From the NCBI GenBank assembly GCA_020429915.1, contig JAGQKV010000005.1, positions 136,279 to 200,278 of the forward strand: 64,000 nt of DNA, read 5' to 3'. The notes under the pieces were generated by a model. That model saw only the letters and a list, made by a program, of their open reading frames with translations. It ran no database searches and had not been told where the DNA came from. Source of the stretch: Candidatus Omnitrophota bacterium (GTDB lineage Bacteria; Omnitrophota; Gorgyraeia; Zapsychrales; Zapsychraceae). The first letter of the stretch is position 1; each line of letters starts with the position of its first letter. Positions 12,950-22,593 of the stretch are shown one piece after another. A program made the translations under genes and the position numbers.

Positions 12950-13480
12950 ATGGACAAAGCCGATACAAAAACCAAACTGGTGCTGGGCAGCGCGGGTAAA
13001 AGCGAACCCGATGCCGTCACACTGGACATCGATCCGGAGCATCATCCCGACGTGATCCATGACCTCAATAAAATACCCTATCCTTTTGCCGATGACGCTT
13101 TTGAACAGATCAACTGTCACCATGTGCTCGAACATTTGGAAAATCTCCCGCCGGTGATGGCGGAATTACACCGGATCTGTAAAAAGGACGGCGAGATTTT
13201 CATTGAGGTGCCGCATCATTCGTCGTGGTGCGCCAATACGCCGCATCATAAACTCCGCTTCAACTGGTTTGGGTTCGACGACTATCTTCAGGACGAATAT
13301 ACGTGGTTGACGGGCAATAAGTTTCATCTCATTAAAAAAGAAATTACCTTTCACCGGGCACACCGACGGCTTTTTCTGCACAGATTGTTTAATGCGTGTC
13401 CGATGGTGTATGAACGGTTTTGGACATACATGTTTCCCGCCGAGCACTTCAAAATATGGTTACGCCCCATTAAAAAGTAG
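12950..13480 (+). CDS. Small class I SAM-dependent methyltransferase (Methyltransf_11-like)
   Basis: 176 aa. Motif I-like LVLGSAG, acidic post-I TLDIDP, and motif II PFADDAFEQINCHHVLEHL. Confidence 0.7.
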   Translation: MDKADTKTKLVLGSAGKSEPDAVTLDIDPEHHPDVIHDLNKIPYPFADDAFEQINCHHVLEHLENLPPVMAELHRICKKDGEIFIEVPHHSSWCANTPHHKLRFNWFGFDDYLQDEYTWLTGNKFHLIKKEITFHRAHRRLFLHRLFNACPMVYERFWTYMFPAEHFKIWLRPIKK

Positions 13481-13489
13481 GCGCCGCCG

Positions 13490-14467
13490 ATGACCGTCGA
13501 TATAGCTTTTTTCGAAGCCTTCACAGAAGAACGTCAGCAAATCACGGAGCAACTTCCCCCGACGATAAGTCCGGTATTTTACCAAGACACGATTCAGGAA
13601 GCGGGTGCTTCGGCGCTGCCGGCCAAATTTATTTCAGTGCGCACGCAGTCGGTCATTCCCGATGGATGGAAGCAGGAACTCGACGCTGTTTTGACCCGCA
13701 GCCAAGGTTTCGATCATATCCACAGAATGTTCACAGACTGTGTAAAACCCGTCGCTCTCGGATATCTCGGTCCGTATTGTTCCCGCGCCGTCGCCGAGCA
13801 CGCGTTGATGCTGTTGCTGATGCTCATCAAGAACGTCAAGGCTCAGCTGGACCAGTTTCCGCGCTTCTATCGGGAGGGCCTGACCGGTAGAGAAGTTTTC
13901 CGTCGGAAAGTACTCATATTCGGGGTCGGGCAGATCGGTTCGGAAACCGCGAAGTTATGCCGGGCCTGCGGTATGGATGTACGGGGCGTGGATATCGATC
14001 CGAAGTGGGACGGGATTGAATATGTCAGCCTCGACGAGGGATTGCCCTGGGCCGAGGTGGTTATTTGCGCGGCCGCGCTTACTGATATAACAGCGGGACT
14101 GCTGAACCGGAAGCGGTTAGCGGCGCTGCCCACGGGGGCATTGTTCATCAATATTTCCCGGGGAGAAATTTCCCCGGTGGAGGACTTGGTCAGTCTTATT
14201 GACGAGAATAGGCTGGGCGGTGTCGGACTGGACGTTTTTCCGGATGAAAAGGACTTGGGCGAGAAGATGCGCAGCGGAGATATCGACGACCCGCTGGTCC
14301 GGCAAGTAACCGCCTTCGCCGGACGCCCGAATGTGATTTGTACACCGCACAATGCTTTTAACAGCGCCGAGGCCTTGGCGCTTAAGACGAACCGTACCCT
14401 TGAGTCGGTAGCGGCATTTTATGAAAGCGGCCGCTTTCCCTATCCCGTTCCGGAAATCAAGGCGTGA
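13490..14467 (+). CDS. D-isomer-specific 2-hydroxyacid dehydrogenase family protein
   Basis: Rossmann fold GVGQIGSETAKL, and the catalytic His in ICTPHNAF. Confidence 0.8.
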   Translation: MTVDIAFFEAFTEERQQITEQLPPTISPVFYQDTIQEAGASALPAKFISVRTQSVIPDGWKQELDAVLTRSQGFDHIHRMFTDCVKPVALGYLGPYCSRAVAEHALMLLLMLIKNVKAQLDQFPRFYREGLTGREVFRRKVLIFGVGQIGSETAKLCRACGMDVRGVDIDPKWDGIEYVSLDEGLPWAEVVICAAALTDITAGLLNRKRLAALPTGALFINISRGEISPVEDLVSLIDENRLGGVGLDVFPDEKDLGEKMRSGDIDDPLVRQVTAFAGRPNVICTPHNAFNSAEALALKTNRTLESVAAFYESGRFPYPVPEIKA

Positions 14468-14485
14468 CAGCGACGGAAAAACTTT

Positions 14486-15286
14486 ATGCCCAAAGAGATA
14501 CTCAAAACCGCCGTAATTCAATTTAATGCCACGGACGACAAAGCGCGTAATCTTGCACGGGCGTGTCACTATGTAGAGAAGGCGGCCCGGCAGGGAGCGA
14601 AGTTTATCCTTCTGCCGGAGGTATTCGTTTATCGGGGACGCCTACTGCAGGAGCTAAGAGAAACGGTTGCGGAAAAGATTCCGGGTGAAACTACCGGTGC
14701 GTTCAGTGCGCTCGCTCGTACCCATAAGGTGCATATTTTGTTGGGTTCCTTGTACGAACGCAGCCCGGACAGGCGGCGGCCGTATAATACTTCGGTACTC
14801 GTCAGTCCGGACGGCACAATTGCCGCCAAGTACCGCAAGATAAATTTGTTCGCGGCCCGGGTCGGCGGCAAACGCGTACGGGAGGCGGATCAATTTTCTG
14901 CCGGCAGGAAGACGTCTCTTACGTCCGTCGGGTCATTCCGGGTGGGGATGTCAATATGTTTTGATTTACGCTTTGGATCGCTCTATAATAAGTACCGCTG
15001 CGCCGGCGCTCACATCCTGGTGGTCCCGTCGGCGTTTACCCACGAAACGGGTAAGGCCCATTGGCAGACGTTACTGCGGGCCCGCGCCATCGAAAACTTC
15101 TGTTATGTGCTGGCCCCGAACCAAATCGGCGAAGACCATCGGGGCATACGCTACTATGGTCACAGTCTGATTATCAGCCCCTGGGGGGAGGTGCTGCAGG
15201 AGGCTTCGGGTTATAAGGAAGAGATTATTTATGGTACACTTGAAATGGACCAACTTCAGCTAATACGCAGCCGGATTGCTATTTAA
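14486..15286 (+). CDS. Carbon-nitrogen hydrolase (nitrilase superfamily)
   Basis: Glu-Lys-Cys triad context: LLPEVF, KYRKINLF, MSICFDLRF, and the GHSLIISPWGEV tail. Confidence 0.8.
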   Translation: MPKEILKTAVIQFNATDDKARNLARACHYVEKAARQGAKFILLPEVFVYRGRLLQELRETVAEKIPGETTGAFSALARTHKVHILLGSLYERSPDRRRPYNTSVLVSPDGTIAAKYRKINLFAARVGGKRVREADQFSAGRKTSLTSVGSFRVGMSICFDLRFGSLYNKYRCAGAHILVVPSAFTHETGKAHWQTLLRARAIENFCYVLAPNQIGEDHRGIRYYGHSLIISPWGEVLQEASGYKEEIIYGTLEMDQLQLIRSRIAI

Positions 15287-15314
15287 GGGATAATCCGGCT
15301 CCCGGGAGGCAGCG

Positions 15315-15530
15315 ATGCTAAGGCGATCATTTTCAGGTACTAACAGAAAGTCCGCACAGTCATTGGCCGAATATCTGATGGTTATGGGCGGAATCATTGC
15401 TATTCTCTTTGTATTTACCCTGCCCGGAGGCACATTTATGACCTCCGTTAATCAAGCCTCGGAAATCACCATTTCCATGATGAACGTAACCGCCACGGAA
15501 ATTTTCGACGATTTGGGACTCGTCAATTAA
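15315..15530 (+). CDS. Orphan Flp/Epd-like pilin (class III signal, Ala at -1)
   Basis: 71 aa. N-terminus RKSAQSLAEY is followed by a 20-aa hydrophobic helix. Same N-terminal pattern as the pilins at 25-33 kb. Confidence 0.5.
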   Translation: MLRRSFSGTNRKSAQSLAEYLMVMGGIIAILFVFTLPGGTFMTSVNQASEITISMMNVTATEIFDDLGLVN

Positions 15531-15554
15531 TACCAAAAATAGTTTGGAGGAAGT

Positions 15555-16544
15555 ATGTCAGAAGCATCAGTACGGGTAGCCGTGACCGGCGCAGCCGGTC
15601 AAATCGGATACGCTCTTCTTTTTCGGATTGCATCCGGTCAAATGTTTGGTCCACACACGCGAGTGGATCTTAATCTCCTGGAATTGGAACCGGCCATCCC
15701 GGCCCTGGCGGGGGTCAGTATGGAGTTGGACGATTGTGCTTTTCCCCTGCTGAATTCCATAACACAGACAGCCGACGTCAATACCGCTTTCAAGGACGTG
15801 GACTGGGCTCTGTTGGTGGGAAGCGTCCCCCGCAAGGCGGGAATGGAACGCGGAGACCTTCTGAAGGTCAACGGCGAGATTTTTACCGTCCAGGGCAAGG
15901 CCCTGTCCGATAATGCCAAGCCGGACTGCCGGGTGCTGGTGGTGGGGAACCCCTGCAATACCAATGCCTACATCGCCAAGGCGAGCGCTCCCAATATCTC
16001 CCCCCGGAATTTCTTTGCGATGACTATGCTGGATCAAAATAGAGCATATGCTCAAATTTCTGCAAAGGCCGGCGTGCCGGTCTCGGCGGTGAACAATATC
16101 GCCATTTGGGGGAACCATTCGGCCACGCAGTTTCCCGATGTCTACCACGGCACCGTCAACGGGAAGCCGGTGATCGAAACGATTACCGATCAGGAATGGT
16201 TGCAGAGCACGTTTATCGAGACGGTCCAGAAGCGGGGGGCTGCTATCATTAAGGCCCGCGGATTGTCCTCCGCCGCGTCTGCCGCCAATGCTGTCGTGGA
16301 TACGGTTCGCAATTTGACCACGCCGACCCCCCAAGGGTCCTGTTTCTCCGTCGCTGTGTGTTCCGACGGGAGTTACGGTGTCGAAGAAGGCCTGATGTTC
16401 AGCTATCCGGTGACCTCCGATGGGACGGACTGGAAAATTGTGCAGGGACTTGATCATAGTGCCTTTGCGCAGGAAAAAATCGATGCGACGCATGAAGAAT
16501 TGAAGGCGGAAAAAGAAGCGGTCGCCGGAATGCTGGCCGCGTGA
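15555..16544 (+). CDS. mdh: Malate dehydrogenase (LDH-like MDH, Thermus/cytosolic type)
   Basis: [32 protein letters not shown] and WGNHS motifs, near-collinear with Thermus MDH. The 333-aa antisense ORF at 15567..16568 is a GC-skew artifact. Confidence 0.95.
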   Translation: MSEASVRVAVTGAAGQIGYALLFRIASGQMFGPHTRVDLNLLELEPAIPALAGVSMELDDCAFPLLNSITQTADVNTAFKDVDWALLVGSVPRKAGMERGDLLKVNGEIFTVQGKALSDNAKPDCRVLVVGNPCNTNAYIAKASAPNISPRNFFAMTMLDQNRAYAQISAKAGVPVSAVNNIAIWGNHSATQFPDVYHGTVNGKPVIETITDQEWLQSTFIETVQKRGAAIIKARGLSSAASAANAVVDTVRNLTTPTPQGSCFSVAVCSDGSYGVEEGLMFSYPVTSDGTDWKIVQGLDHSAFAQEKIDATHEELKAEKEAVAGMLAA

Positions 16545-16710
16545 CTTAAGTTTATGCTTCAAAACCACTTAAAAATAATCTGAAATAAATTTGATCTCCC
16601 CTTTATATATGATATCATTGATGGTGTTGCACAAATATTAGGCAAAAAATCGAATAAATTGCCAAAAATCATAAGATTTTTGCTTTTTGTCCGATAGTTC
16701 GGTGCTAACC

Positions 16711-16739
16711 TTGTCAATGGCATCCTTAACGGATATACT
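16711..16739 (+). promoter_or_regulatory. Candidate sigma70 promoter TTGTCA-17-TATACT upstream of the pilus operon
   Basis: Hexamers with a 17-nt spacer, about 40 nt upstream of the first gene of the Tad-like cluster. Confidence 0.35.
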
Positions 16740-16778
16740 TACTAAATATAAAACGGTTTAGAAAGTCAGGAGCACCCC

Positions 16779-17747
16779 TTGAAAAGAAACATGAATGTTT
16801 TTGGTTTGATCATCGTTGGTCTAACCGTCACTAGTTTAGCCGGATGCGATCAATTCGCGTCCGGCACCGGAAAGATGCAAAAGCAGGACGCCGCAGCGGC
16901 ACCACAGCAACAACAGGCCGCACCTCCCCCGCCCCCCGCAGCAACCCCGAAATCAGCTCAGCAGGCAAAACCGCAAACACCCAAACCGTTATCCGGAAAT
17001 GAACTTGCCCGGGTCGGCGAGTGGCGTATGACGCTCGATGAATTCAATGAGCGGCTCAGTGCGGTCCAAGAAGTTATGCCGGGGTTTGATGCGACCGATC
17101 CGCAGGCCAAAAAATTGATTTTGGAGGAGTTGGTGCGGCAGCAATTATTGGTGGAGTATGCCGAAGAGGCCGGGATCGCAAAAGATCCGGACGTGGTGGC
17201 CGCCTTGGACGAATTTCGGCGGACCCTGTTGGTTAGAGAGGCCGCATTGAGGCTGACCGAAGACATTCAAGTCTCCGACGAAGAAGCGATGGCCTTCTAT
17301 GAAGCCCGCAAGGACCAAATTGTCCAGCCGACGGAATTCCGGGTCCGTGAGATTGTCGTAAAAGACAAGGTCAAGGCCAATGAGCTGTTGGTGGAGATAC
17401 TCAAGGGATCAGATTTCGTTGAGCTGGCCAAGGCCAACTCGATCGGTGACACCGCCGCCAAAGGCGGGGATTTGGGTTATATTACCGAAGAACCCTTCTT
17501 CGAAATGGCCGAGCAGATTCTTGCTTTGCAGCCGGGTGAGACCAGCAATGTTTTCCAAGGGCCTAAGGGCTTTTATATTATCAAACTGGAAGATGTTCGC
17601 GGCGGTGGCCCGATTCCATTCGAGGAAGTTAAAGAAGAAGTCGTCAGTTCCCAGCTGTTACTGAAACAACAAGAAGTCATTCTTGAACAGATAGAAAAAG
17701 TCAAACAGAAAACGCCGGTTGAGGTCAGGGAAGAGTTACTTAATTAA
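16779..17747 (+). CDS. Lipoprotein with Pro/Gln-rich linker and C-terminal parvulin (PpiC-type) PPIase domain
   Basis: Lipobox L-A-G-C, QQQQAAPPPPPAATP linker, and PpiC motifs (GGDLGYITEE...GFYIIKLEDVRGG). TTG start at 16779, or ATG at 16791. Confidence 0.7.
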   Translation: MKRNMNVFGLIIVGLTVTSLAGCDQFASGTGKMQKQDAAAAPQQQQAAPPPPPAATPKSAQQAKPQTPKPLSGNELARVGEWRMTLDEFNERLSAVQEVMPGFDATDPQAKKLILEELVRQQLLVEYAEEAGIAKDPDVVAALDEFRRTLLVREAALRLTEDIQVSDEEAMAFYEARKDQIVQPTEFRVREIVVKDKVKANELLVEILKGSDFVELAKANSIGDTAAKGGDLGYITEEPFFEMAEQILALQPGETSNVFQGPKGFYIIKLEDVRGGGPIPFEEVKEEVVSSQLLLKQQEVILEQIEKVKQKTPVEVREELLN

Positions 17748-17759
17748 CTGAGGTGAGAT

Positions 17760-18641
17760 ATGAATATCGAGAATAAAAAACAGTTCGCCACTATCGCGCT
17801 GGCGGTAGGCTTGGGTCTGACGGCCGCATTTTTAATGTCCCAATACGTCAAGAGCAGCATTGAGAACCAAACAAAGGCCTTGGCGAAGGATTATGAGAAG
17901 AAGGCGGCCGCACAAACCGCGGCATTGCGCAAGGAAATGGAAATCAAGAACCGGGAACTGCAGAAGCAAATGCAGGCTATGGCCAAGCAGCAACAGCAGG
18001 CCCTTGCTCAGCAGCTCGCCAACCTTCCCAAAGGCGGTGGAGTCAAGGCGACTACCGGGGTTCCCACGCAGATCGTCGATAGTACGGTCTTCGCGTCCAT
18101 TACTCCTCCGGGAAAGCGCGCCATCACATTGCTTATCGACTCGCTGTCCGCGGTCGGCGGTTTGGTCAATCCGGGCGACTATGTTGATATTTTGGGCGAA
18201 CTGGAGATTCCGCATCCCCAGGATCCTCAGGAAAAGCCGATTGAAATCACCTCTGTTCTGTTCCAGAACGTTCAGGTGCTGGCGGTCAATGCGAATTTTA
18301 AACCCGTGGGAAGCGCGCTGGTCTATCAGCAGCAGCAAAAGTCTCGGGCCCTTAACGTGACGCTGGCGGTCGATCCGGAAGAAGCCGGTTTGATCACATT
18401 TGCTCAAAAGTACGGAAAACTCAAGCTGGCGTTGCGCTCGCCAGCCGAGAAGGAGACCAAAGCCCTACAGGTGGCGGCCTGGGATTCCCTCGCCGACTAC
18501 GTTTTAGATAAACAAGGTACAGAACTTAATCTACCAAAAGCCAAAGCGCCGAGCAGGGTGGAAAACGACTACGTAGAAGAAGACTTGCAGGTCGATGATA
18601 CGCCCTTTGTGGAAATATTTCGGGGAGGCAGGGAGCTATAA
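17760..18641 (+). CDS. cpaB: Flp pilus assembly protein CpaB/RcpC-like
   Basis: N-terminal TM and coiled coil. The C-terminal RcpC-like block reads RAITLLIDSLSAVGGLVNPGDYVDILGEL...VQVLAVNA...LNVTLAVDPEEAGLITFAQKYGKLKLALRS. Confidence 0.7.
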   Translation: MNIENKKQFATIALAVGLGLTAAFLMSQYVKSSIENQTKALAKDYEKKAAAQTAALRKEMEIKNRELQKQMQAMAKQQQQALAQQLANLPKGGGVKATTGVPTQIVDSTVFASITPPGKRAITLLIDSLSAVGGLVNPGDYVDILGELEIPHPQDPQEKPIEITSVLFQNVQVLAVNANFKPVGSALVYQQQQKSRALNVTLAVDPEEAGLITFAQKYGKLKLALRSPAEKETKALQVAAWDSLADYVLDKQGTELNLPKAKAPSRVENDYVEEDLQVDDTPFVEIFRGGREL

Positions 18642-18644
18642 ATC

Positions 18645-20330
18645 ATGAAAACATCAACACACAGTAAATTTCTCACTTGGTTCATACTATCTTTGGTATT
18701 GCTGTTCGGAATGGGATTTCTGCCGGGTCAGGCCGCGCATGCGGAAGATATGGTGGATACCGTGTACGCCGATGAGGTCAACATGATTTTGGGTGAATTA
18801 ACCCAGCTAAAAGTCTACTCCTTAACCAGGCTTTCCATGACCGATCCGGAAATTGCTGATGTTGTTGATGCCGACGACTCACAAATCCTGCTGATTGCCA
18901 AGAATACGGGTCAAACTCCCTTGTTTATCTGGGACGAATACGGCAAGAGGGTCGTGATGATTAACGTGTCCGGGACCGAACTGACTTCGATTGCCGACCG
19001 CCTGCAAAAACTCTTCACCGATGCCGGCCTGAAGCACGTTTATCTGGACGTCAACGGACCTGAGGGCAAGGTCGTCATTACCGGTACTGTTCCCGAATAC
19101 AAGCAAATTCTTTTCGAGGATATTGTTTCCCCCTTTGATGAGCATATTATTAGCTTGGTAGAAGAGCAGGATATCGAAGACCTCGTCCAAATTGATGTTC
19201 AAATCACAGAGTTGAGTACCACGTTGACTAAGAGTCTCGGTATCGACTGGTTCTCGGCCGGAAGCGGCTCCGGAGATTCAGGATCCGGAGGAGGCCCTCT
19301 CAAGCTGAGTTACGGGGAAGATATTCCTACTTTTGACGGTTCGGTGGGCGATTTCTTCAAAATCGGTGATTTCCGCCGGGCAGACTCGCTGGTGGCCACG
19401 GTGAACGCCTTATTGGAAGAAGGGATGGGACGCATCCTCTCTCAACCGAAGTTGGTTGTCTTGAGCGGGGAAGAAGCGAGTTTTCTGATCGGGGGGGAAA
19501 TTCCGATCCGGACCACGACCTCCACCGGGGATTCCGTTCAAGAGAACGTGGAATTCAAAGAATACGGGGTGGGGATGACTGTAACCCCAACTATTCGCAA
19601 GGAAAAGATCGACGTCATCCTGAATATTGAAATTAGCGATATCGATGCCGCTAACGCCGTTGGCGAGGACGTCGCTTTCACTACGCGGAGCGCTAGTTCG
19701 CAGCTCTTTTTGGATGACGGGCAAACGATCGTCCTGGCTGGTTTGATTCAGCAGCGTACGGCGGAATCAATCAAGAAAGTTCCCTATTTGGGTGAAATCC
19801 CGATCCTGGGTCTGATGTTCCGGTCCAGATCCACTCCGACGCCGGATTTGGATACCGAGTTGGTAATCTCCCTGACGCCGTACCGCATTGATACGGGCTT
19901 GAATCCATTAACTACGGAAGAACACAAACGGATGAAGGATCAACCGAGATCCTCCGTTTCCCGCGCTGTGGTTGATGACATGGATATGAAGGAAGCGCCT
20001 AAACCCATGGCCACATCGGCTGTGCGCATTCCGGATGAAATGAAGGATTATGTGCGTGAAGTACAACGCAAGATATCTCAACAAATCGTTTATCCGCGGG
20101 AGGCCCGCGAATATGGTTGGGAAGGTACGGTTAAGCTCGGATTGCACATCCTGAACGACGGTACGCTGGCGTATGCCTTGGTCAAGGAATCTTCGGGCCA
20201 TGAAGTTTTTGATGATTACGCCCTAAATACGGCCAAAAACAGCGCTCCGTACAACAGTTTTCCTTCAGATTCCGACCTTCAGGAACTGAATATTACAATT
20301 CCCATCGTCTACAGTTTGCAAAGGAATTGA
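18645..20330 (+). CDS. cpaC: Pilus secretin (CpaC/RcpA family) with C-terminal TonB_C-like domain
   Basis: Signal peptide, then the secretin core (ILSQPKLVVLSGEEASFLIGGEIPIRTTT...EFKEYGVGMTVTPTI...TIVLAGLIQQ...VPYLGEIPILGLMFRS). The last 90 aa or so match the TonB C-terminal fold: YPREAREYGWEGTVKLGLHILNDGTLAYALVKESSGHEVFDDYALNTAKNSAPYNSFP. Confidence 0.85.
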   Translation: MKTSTHSKFLTWFILSLVLLFGMGFLPGQAAHAEDMVDTVYADEVNMILGELTQLKVYSLTRLSMTDPEIADVVDADDSQILLIAKNTGQTPLFIWDEYGKRVVMINVSGTELTSIADRLQKLFTDAGLKHVYLDVNGPEGKVVITGTVPEYKQILFEDIVSPFDEHIISLVEEQDIEDLVQIDVQITELSTTLTKSLGIDWFSAGSGSGDSGSGGGPLKLSYGEDIPTFDGSVGDFFKIGDFRRADSLVATVNALLEEGMGRILSQPKLVVLSGEEASFLIGGEIPIRTTTSTGDSVQENVEFKEYGVGMTVTPTIRKEKIDVILNIEISDIDAANAVGEDVAFTTRSASSQLFLDDGQTIVLAGLIQQRTAESIKKVPYLGEIPILGLMFRSRSTPTPDLDTELVISLTPYRIDTGLNPLTTEEHKRMKDQPRSSVSRAVVDDMDMKEAPKPMATSAVRIPDEMKDYVREVQRKISQQIVYPREAREYGWEGTVKLGLHILNDGTLAYALVKESSGHEVFDDYALNTAKNSAPYNSFPSDSDLQELNITIPIVYSLQRN

Positions 20331-20386
20331 CCTCGGTATATAATACTGTCTCTTATAAAAATACCGAGAGGTTTTAGAAGCAGGGC

Positions 20387-22552
20387 ATGAATTGTAGAGT
20401 CATTTCTATCTTCAGCAGCAAGGGAGGCGTCGGAAAAACCCTTGTGGCTGTTAATCTTGCGACCGCATTGAGCAAATCCGGCAAGCGTGTCCTGCTGGTT
20501 GATCTTGACTTTCAGGCAGGCCAGGATATGGCCCGCATGCTCAACCTCGCCATTCGCAATTCCATCGTCGATATCATTCCGTTGATGCAGCAAGGTGGTG
20601 AAGCGCTCGAAATCAACGAGCACGCCACGAAACATCAGAGCGGTCTACATTTTATTCCCGCCGTTAAGACCAGCAAGCAAATCGCGCACATCACCCCGGA
20701 TAATATCAAGCCTTTTTTCCGCGAGTCCAAAAAACGTTACGACTACATCATTATTGATGCCGGCCGATCGTTTAGCGATGTTCTCATTTCCGCGCTGGAC
20801 TTTACCAATTTGATATTGCTGGTAGCCACACCCGACGTATTGGCTGTTTACCAGACCAAATGGTGCCTGGAGATCCTTCAGAACCTGCACTATCCCACCA
20901 AGATGATCAAACTTATTCTGAACCGGTCGGAAAGCCGGGGGAGTGTTGCGTGGCAGGAAATCCGCCAGGTGTTACAGGTGGAAATTTTCGGGCACATACC
21001 GTCTGATGGGAAAACTGTGGGGATGGCTCTTAACCGGGGGGTCCCGTGCTACATGGACAGTCCGCGCAGCCCGGTGGCCGAGGCATTCGGCAAAATGGTC
21101 GGACTGCTGAAGAAAGACAATCTTTATATCGAGACACATGATGTGGAAAAGACTCGGACGGTAGACGGATTTATGGCGCCGGGGGCGTTTTGGAAGAAAT
21201 TCGGGATATCCCAGCAGTCCTTCGGCACATCGGTGACCGAATATGTATCCGAAGAGGACGATATTATCTCTCTCAAGAAGCGCATTCACGAAAAGCTGGT
21301 GGAACGGCTTAACTTAGACGGTATTTCTACAGACGCCTTGGCCGACCCGGACACGGCGCAGAAGATTAAGAAAAGCGCTGAACAGGTCGTGCTTACACTT
21401 TTACTGGATGAGGCCGGGGGCCGTATATCCAACCAAGAAGACCGCACGCGGATTGTCCGGGATATTGTCAACGAGGCTCTGGGGCTGGGGCCACTGGAAG
21501 ACTTTTTGGCGGACCCGGACGTTACGGATATCATGGCCAACAACAAGGACGAAATTTATATTGAGAAGAACGGTAAGTTGATATTTACCAATAAGAAGTT
21601 TGTCTCGAACGACAAAATGCGCTCGATCATCGACCGGATCATTGCCCCGTTGGGACGGCGTATTGATGAGTCGACGCCCATGGTTGATGCGCGACTGCAG
21701 GATGGATCACGGATCAACGCGATCATCCCCCCTCTTTCCCTGAATGGGCCGATGATTACGATCCGGAAGTTCGGTCAGGAGCGGTTGGAGGCTGAGGATT
21801 TGATCACCCGTTATCAAAGTATGTCCCGGCCCATGGCCGACTTCCTTAAGGCCTGCGTAAGCGCCCGTAAGAACTTAATTGTCTCGGGCGGGACCGGCGC
21901 AGGCAAGACAACACTCTTGAACGTGGTCTCCGAGTTTATTCCTGATGGGGAACGTATTATCACGATTGAGGATGCTGCCGAGTTGAAATTAAAGAAAAGC
22001 CATTGGGGACGGCTTGAATCCCGCCCTGCCAATGTGGAGGGGAAGGGGGCGGTTACCATCCGTGATCTGTTCATCAACTGTCTGCGGATGCGTCCGGACC
22101 GTATTGTGGTCGGCGAATGTCGGGGCCCGGAGGTTCTGGACATGCTTCAGGCCATGAATACCGGGCATGACGGTTCTATGACCACTCTGCACGCTAATTC
22201 CACCCGTGATGTCGTTACCCGTATGCACTCCATGATCCTTCTGAGCGGGATTGAGCTGCCGGTCCGCGCGATCAATGAGATGATTTCTTCGGCTGTCCAG
22301 GTAATTGTCCATATCAACCGTTATTCGGATGGGACCCGCAAGATTACGGGTATCAGCGAGACCGCCGGGCTCTCGGCAGATTTTCAGCTCATCCTAAAAG
22401 ACATTTTCATTTTTCGGCAGAAAGGTCTGGATTCGGACGGAAATGTCCAAGGATCCTTTGAGGCAACGGGATTCTTACCGCAGTGCTTTGATGACTTTAC
22501 CACCAAAGGCATCCTCTTTGAAAAGTCATTATTTGATAAACCAGCCGTGTAG
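20387..22552 (+). CDS. cpaF: Fused MinD/ParA-like (CpaE/TadZ ATPase domain) - CpaF/TadA secretion ATPase
   Basis: The N-terminal 260 aa have the deviant Walker A SSKGGVGKT (CpaE/MinD-like). The C-terminal 450 aa are CpaF-like (IRKF, GGTGAGKTTLLN, VGECRG, GHDGSMTTLHANS). Confidence 0.85.
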   Translation: MNCRVISIFSSKGGVGKTLVAVNLATALSKSGKRVLLVDLDFQAGQDMARMLNLAIRNSIVDIIPLMQQGGEALEINEHATKHQSGLHFIPAVKTSKQIAHITPDNIKPFFRESKKRYDYIIIDAGRSFSDVLISALDFTNLILLVATPDVLAVYQTKWCLEILQNLHYPTKMIKLILNRSESRGSVAWQEIRQVLQVEIFGHIPSDGKTVGMALNRGVPCYMDSPRSPVAEAFGKMVGLLKKDNLYIETHDVEKTRTVDGFMAPGAFWKKFGISQQSFGTSVTEYVSEEDDIISLKKRIHEKLVERLNLDGISTDALADPDTAQKIKKSAEQVVLTLLLDEAGGRISNQEDRTRIVRDIVNEALGLGPLEDFLADPDVTDIMANNKDEIYIEKNGKLIFTNKKFVSNDKMRSIIDRIIAPLGRRIDESTPMVDARLQDGSRINAIIPPLSLNGPMITIRKFGQERLEAEDLITRYQSMSRPMADFLKACVSARKNLIVSGGTGAGKTTLLNVVSEFIPDGERIITIEDAAELKLKKSHWGRLESRPANVEGKGAVTIRDLFINCLRMRPDRIVVGECRGPEVLDMLQAMNTGHDGSMTTLHANSTRDVVTRMHSMILLSGIELPVRAINEMISSAVQVIVHINRYSDGTRKITGISETAGLSADFQLILKDIFIFRQKGLDSDGNVQGSFEATGFLPQCFDDFTTKGILFEKSLFDKPAV

Positions 22553-22593
22553 ATGCCTTTCCGCAAACTAGGTCCGGGATCCAGACTTTACTC

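Noticed and set aside
15567-16568. 333-aa minus-strand ORF antisense to mdh. Many similar long antisense ORFs occur, e.g. 9406..9999, 10267..10836, 49279..50136, 53800..54480 and 62491..63183.
   Set aside because: They are low-complexity Arg/Gly/Pro-rich translations opposite well-supported genes. This is typical stop-codon depletion on the antisense strand of GC-rich coding DNA.
20352-20363. CTGTCTCTTATA, a 12-nt match to the Tn5 mosaic-end (Nextera adapter) sequence, in the secretin-ATPase intergenic region.
   Set aside because: Only 12 of 19 nt match. The match is embedded in a native-looking hairpin (CTCGGTAT...ATACCGAG), is not at a contig end, and both flanking genes are intact. Probably coincidence. 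Worth a read-level check only.
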